This document shows positions 30,796 to 32,816 of a stretch of 32,816 bases of DNA, piece after piece. Source of the stretch: a virus (taxonomy: Duplodnaviria > Caudoviricetes). The position numbers were made by a program, and so were the translations under genes. Location of the stretch: positions 1-32,816 of IMG/VR virus record IMGVR_UViG_3300036942_000123. One strand, 5' to 3'. The notes beneath the pieces are model-generated. The model searched no databases and had not been told where the DNA came from. It saw nothing but the letters and a program-made list of their open reading frames with translations. The stretch's first letter is position 1, and every line of letters begins with the position of its first letter.

Positions 30796-31874
30796 GAATT
30801 AATCACCCTTTTATTAATTTTAAATTTATTTTTCCTTAAGTATAAATAATCAAATTTCTTTATTAGTTTAATATAAAAATTAAAAGAGGATACGTAATTA
30901 GCATGTCCCTTCCAACTATTTAATATTTGTTCTATCTTATATGATCTTATTTTATTGTTATTATAAAGATTTTTGAATTTACCTAATTTTCTTTTTATGT
31001 CTTTCTTAGATTTATTTCTTAGTAATTTATGAGTAGTATGTATTTTATAACCTACTATATTTATTCCTTGATCTATGGGAAATATTTTTGTTTTATTTTT
31101 GTTGAGTTTTAATTTTAATTTATTAAAAACAAATTCTTTTATTTTCTCTAAATAATTTTTTAATCTATATTTATCATCAACTGCTATGAAAAAATCATCC
31201 ATATATCTTACGTAATATTTTAAAGATAACTTTCTCTTACAAAAAATATCTAATTGATTGAGGTAAATATTAGCAAATAATTAACTTGTTATATTTCCTA
31301 ATGGTAATCCACTTTTATTCCACTTATCTATTATTTTGAATAATAATTTTAATGTTTTCTTACATTTTATTTCTTTACTTAATAATTCTTTCAATATATC
31401 ATGGTTAATACTGTCAAAATAACTTTTTACATCGCCTTTCAATATCCATACTTTATTATTACTTTTCCATCTCGATTTTCTCATATAATGTTGAATTTTA
31501 TTTGCACATTTATGAGTGCCTTTGTTATCTTGGCAAGCAAAAGAATCAATGATAAATTTATTTTCAAATTTATCATTGATTATATTATGTATTGAAAATT
31601 GTATTAGCTTGTCTATAAAGCTAGGTGCAGCTATTAATCTTTCTTTTGGTTCATACACTTTAAATTCAGTATATTTTCCAGGTACATATATTTCGTGCTT
31701 TAATCTTGTACTTAGAATTTCTATATTTTTATAAAGATCTAATTCAAAATTAACTAAATCTACATTATATTTTCCATTAGATTTATTTATTCTTTTAAAC
31801 GCTCTATAAATATTCTCTTCTGAGATTATCTTATTATAAGTTCCTTTTGGAAATAAATTATGATTTTTCGACAA
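30792..31874 (-). pseudogene. DGR reverse transcriptase with one in-frame TAA (360 codons if read through)
   Basis: Continuous frame ...YEPKERLI...KGDVKSYFDSI...GLPLGNITS*LFANIYLNQLD...YYVRYMDDF. The stop at 31281-31283 replaces the Q of the DGR-type GNxxSQ motif. Confidence 0.9.
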
Positions 31875-32033
31875 GATGGTTTTCCTCCCTTAAGAGTACT
31901 AAGCATCTTGCCATTATTTATGTGTTTATATCTATGTAAAATAATATAGATAAAAGAATTAAATTCTCTTGAATTTATCAAGTCTCGTTAGTGAAGTCGT
32001 AACCGCACTAATCGATAAAAATTATATTTAAAT

Positions 32034-32130
32034 TCAGGACTGGCCTCCACCCATTATTCTCGTTCGTATTGTACGAGTTATTATGATTCAAGTTCGACGC
32101 TCCATTATTGCCACGATTCACTCTGACAGT
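32034..32130 (-). repeat. DGR template repeat (TR)
   Basis: AAY-rich; translates RVNRGNNGASNLNHNNSYNTNENNGWRPVL. 32038-32053 is identical to 32801-32816. Lies between avd and RT. Boundaries approximate. Confidence 0.9.
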
Positions 32131-32174
32131 AAGTAGTCGAGGGAAGAGTTATACAATTTAATCCTTAAAATTTA

Positions 32175-32531
32175 TTAAGATTTTTTAATCCAACCAGAAA
32201 GTAAAAATCCAATTTCAGAAAGTTCTTTATGAATATCTTTTATAAAATTTTTACTTAAATATTCTTTAAAGTCAATTAAATCAAATAAAAATTTCAATAT
32301 TTGAAGATATCCGTCTGCTTCTTCTTGATATTTCTTTCTCTTTGATTTAACTTTATCTGCAAGAAGTATATATTTCATTAATTGATTGTAATTAGTTTTT
32401 ACATCTTTACAGAGAGCGTATTTTTCTGATTTAGGAAAATTTATTAATGCTGAATAAATTCTTTTATAAAGATGAAATGATTTTTTATAGACTTTAGAAT
32501 CCCATCTATTGATATTATCACATCCTAACAA
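32175..32531 (-). CDS. avd: DGR accessory variability determinant (Avd)
   Basis: FPKSEKYAL, LSEIGFLLSGWIK; basic helical protein of about 115 aa upstream of TR and RT. Start codon uncertain. Confidence 0.9.
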   Translation of the reverse strand: MLGCDNINRWDSKVYKKSFHLYKRIYSALINFPKSEKYALCKDVKTNYNQLMKYILLADKVKSKRKKYQEEADGYLQILKFLFDLIDFKEYLSKNFIKDIHKELSEIGFLLSGWIKKS

Positions 32532-32637
32532 GATAAATAGTACTTTTATTTATTTTATTATTTTGTTAGTAAAAAATATTAAATAAATACTATTTTTTAT
32601 TATTTTATATTGATATTTATTTAATATTAAAAATTAG

Positions 32638-32674
32638 ATTCAGGTAGGGTTGTCAATATCAACCCTACCTGAAT
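32638..32674. terminator. 15-bp perfect inverted repeat downstream of the DGR target gene
   Basis: ATTCAGGTAGGGTTG-tcaatat-CAACCCTACCTGAAT. Confidence 0.7.
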
Positions 32675-32776
32675 GAGTCTCCATCCTCGCCTTCGCTCGG
32701 ACTTCCGACTCTGAGCTTACGCTCTCACCTTCGTTCGAGCCTCCAGCTCTAAGACCATACGAGCGAGGTAAGAGCC

Positions 32777-32795
32777 GATCGCCTAATCGGCGATC
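32777..32795 (-). other. GC-rich hairpin just 3' of VR/IMH (candidate DGR cis element)
   Basis: GATCGCC-gatta-GGCGATC overlapping the target stop codon. Confidence 0.65.
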
Positions 32796-32816
32796 TCCAA
32801 GACTGGCCTCCACCCA
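32783..32816 (-). CDS. 3' end of the DGR target gene (VR end), truncated by the window
   Basis: Reads GWRPVLEIAD* and shares 16 nt with the TR 3' end. GxRP is the usual C-type-lectin-fold VR terminus. Confidence 0.85.
   Translation of the reverse strand, partial: GWRPVLEIAD

Noticed and set aside
31281-31283. Genome-wide stop codon reassignment (TAA to Gln)
   Set aside because: Many clear genes (SbcC, HU, capsid, terminase, sheath, tnpB) end at TAA and long ORFs are uninterrupted in the standard code. The other breaks are explained by introns.
30792-31874. Group II intron, retron or Abi RT
   Set aside because: The GNxxS(Q) motif and adjacent avd, TR and matching VR identify a DGR.

Overview
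AT-rich segment of a large myovirus (jumbo phage) resembling AR9/PBS1-type Firmicutes phages with phage-encoded multisubunit RNA polymerases. This assignment is inferred from gene content and promoter motifs. Left to right: repeated promoter/terminator gene cassettes and an array of small early genes, an SbcC/Rad50-like ATPase, HU, a split RNAP beta N-half, a head module (protease, acidic protein, major capsid protein, M48-like protease, terminase), a probable RNAP beta' C-terminal fragment, tail sheath, tail tube, cell-wall enzymes, and a diversity-generating retroelement (target 3' end, avd, TR, RT). Five group I introns explain the broken ORFs. Two lie in the prohead protease and two in the terminase, and splicing restores the reading frame and catalytic motifs exactly. 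The fifth, in the tail tube gene, carries an intact TnpB with no transposase. That tnpB is looped out of the intron's P9 region and has its own phage late-type promoter, making it a candidate RNA-guided homing intron (IStron-like). The DGR RT has one in-frame TAA at the conserved SQ motif. All calls come from reading motifs by eye; no searches were run.
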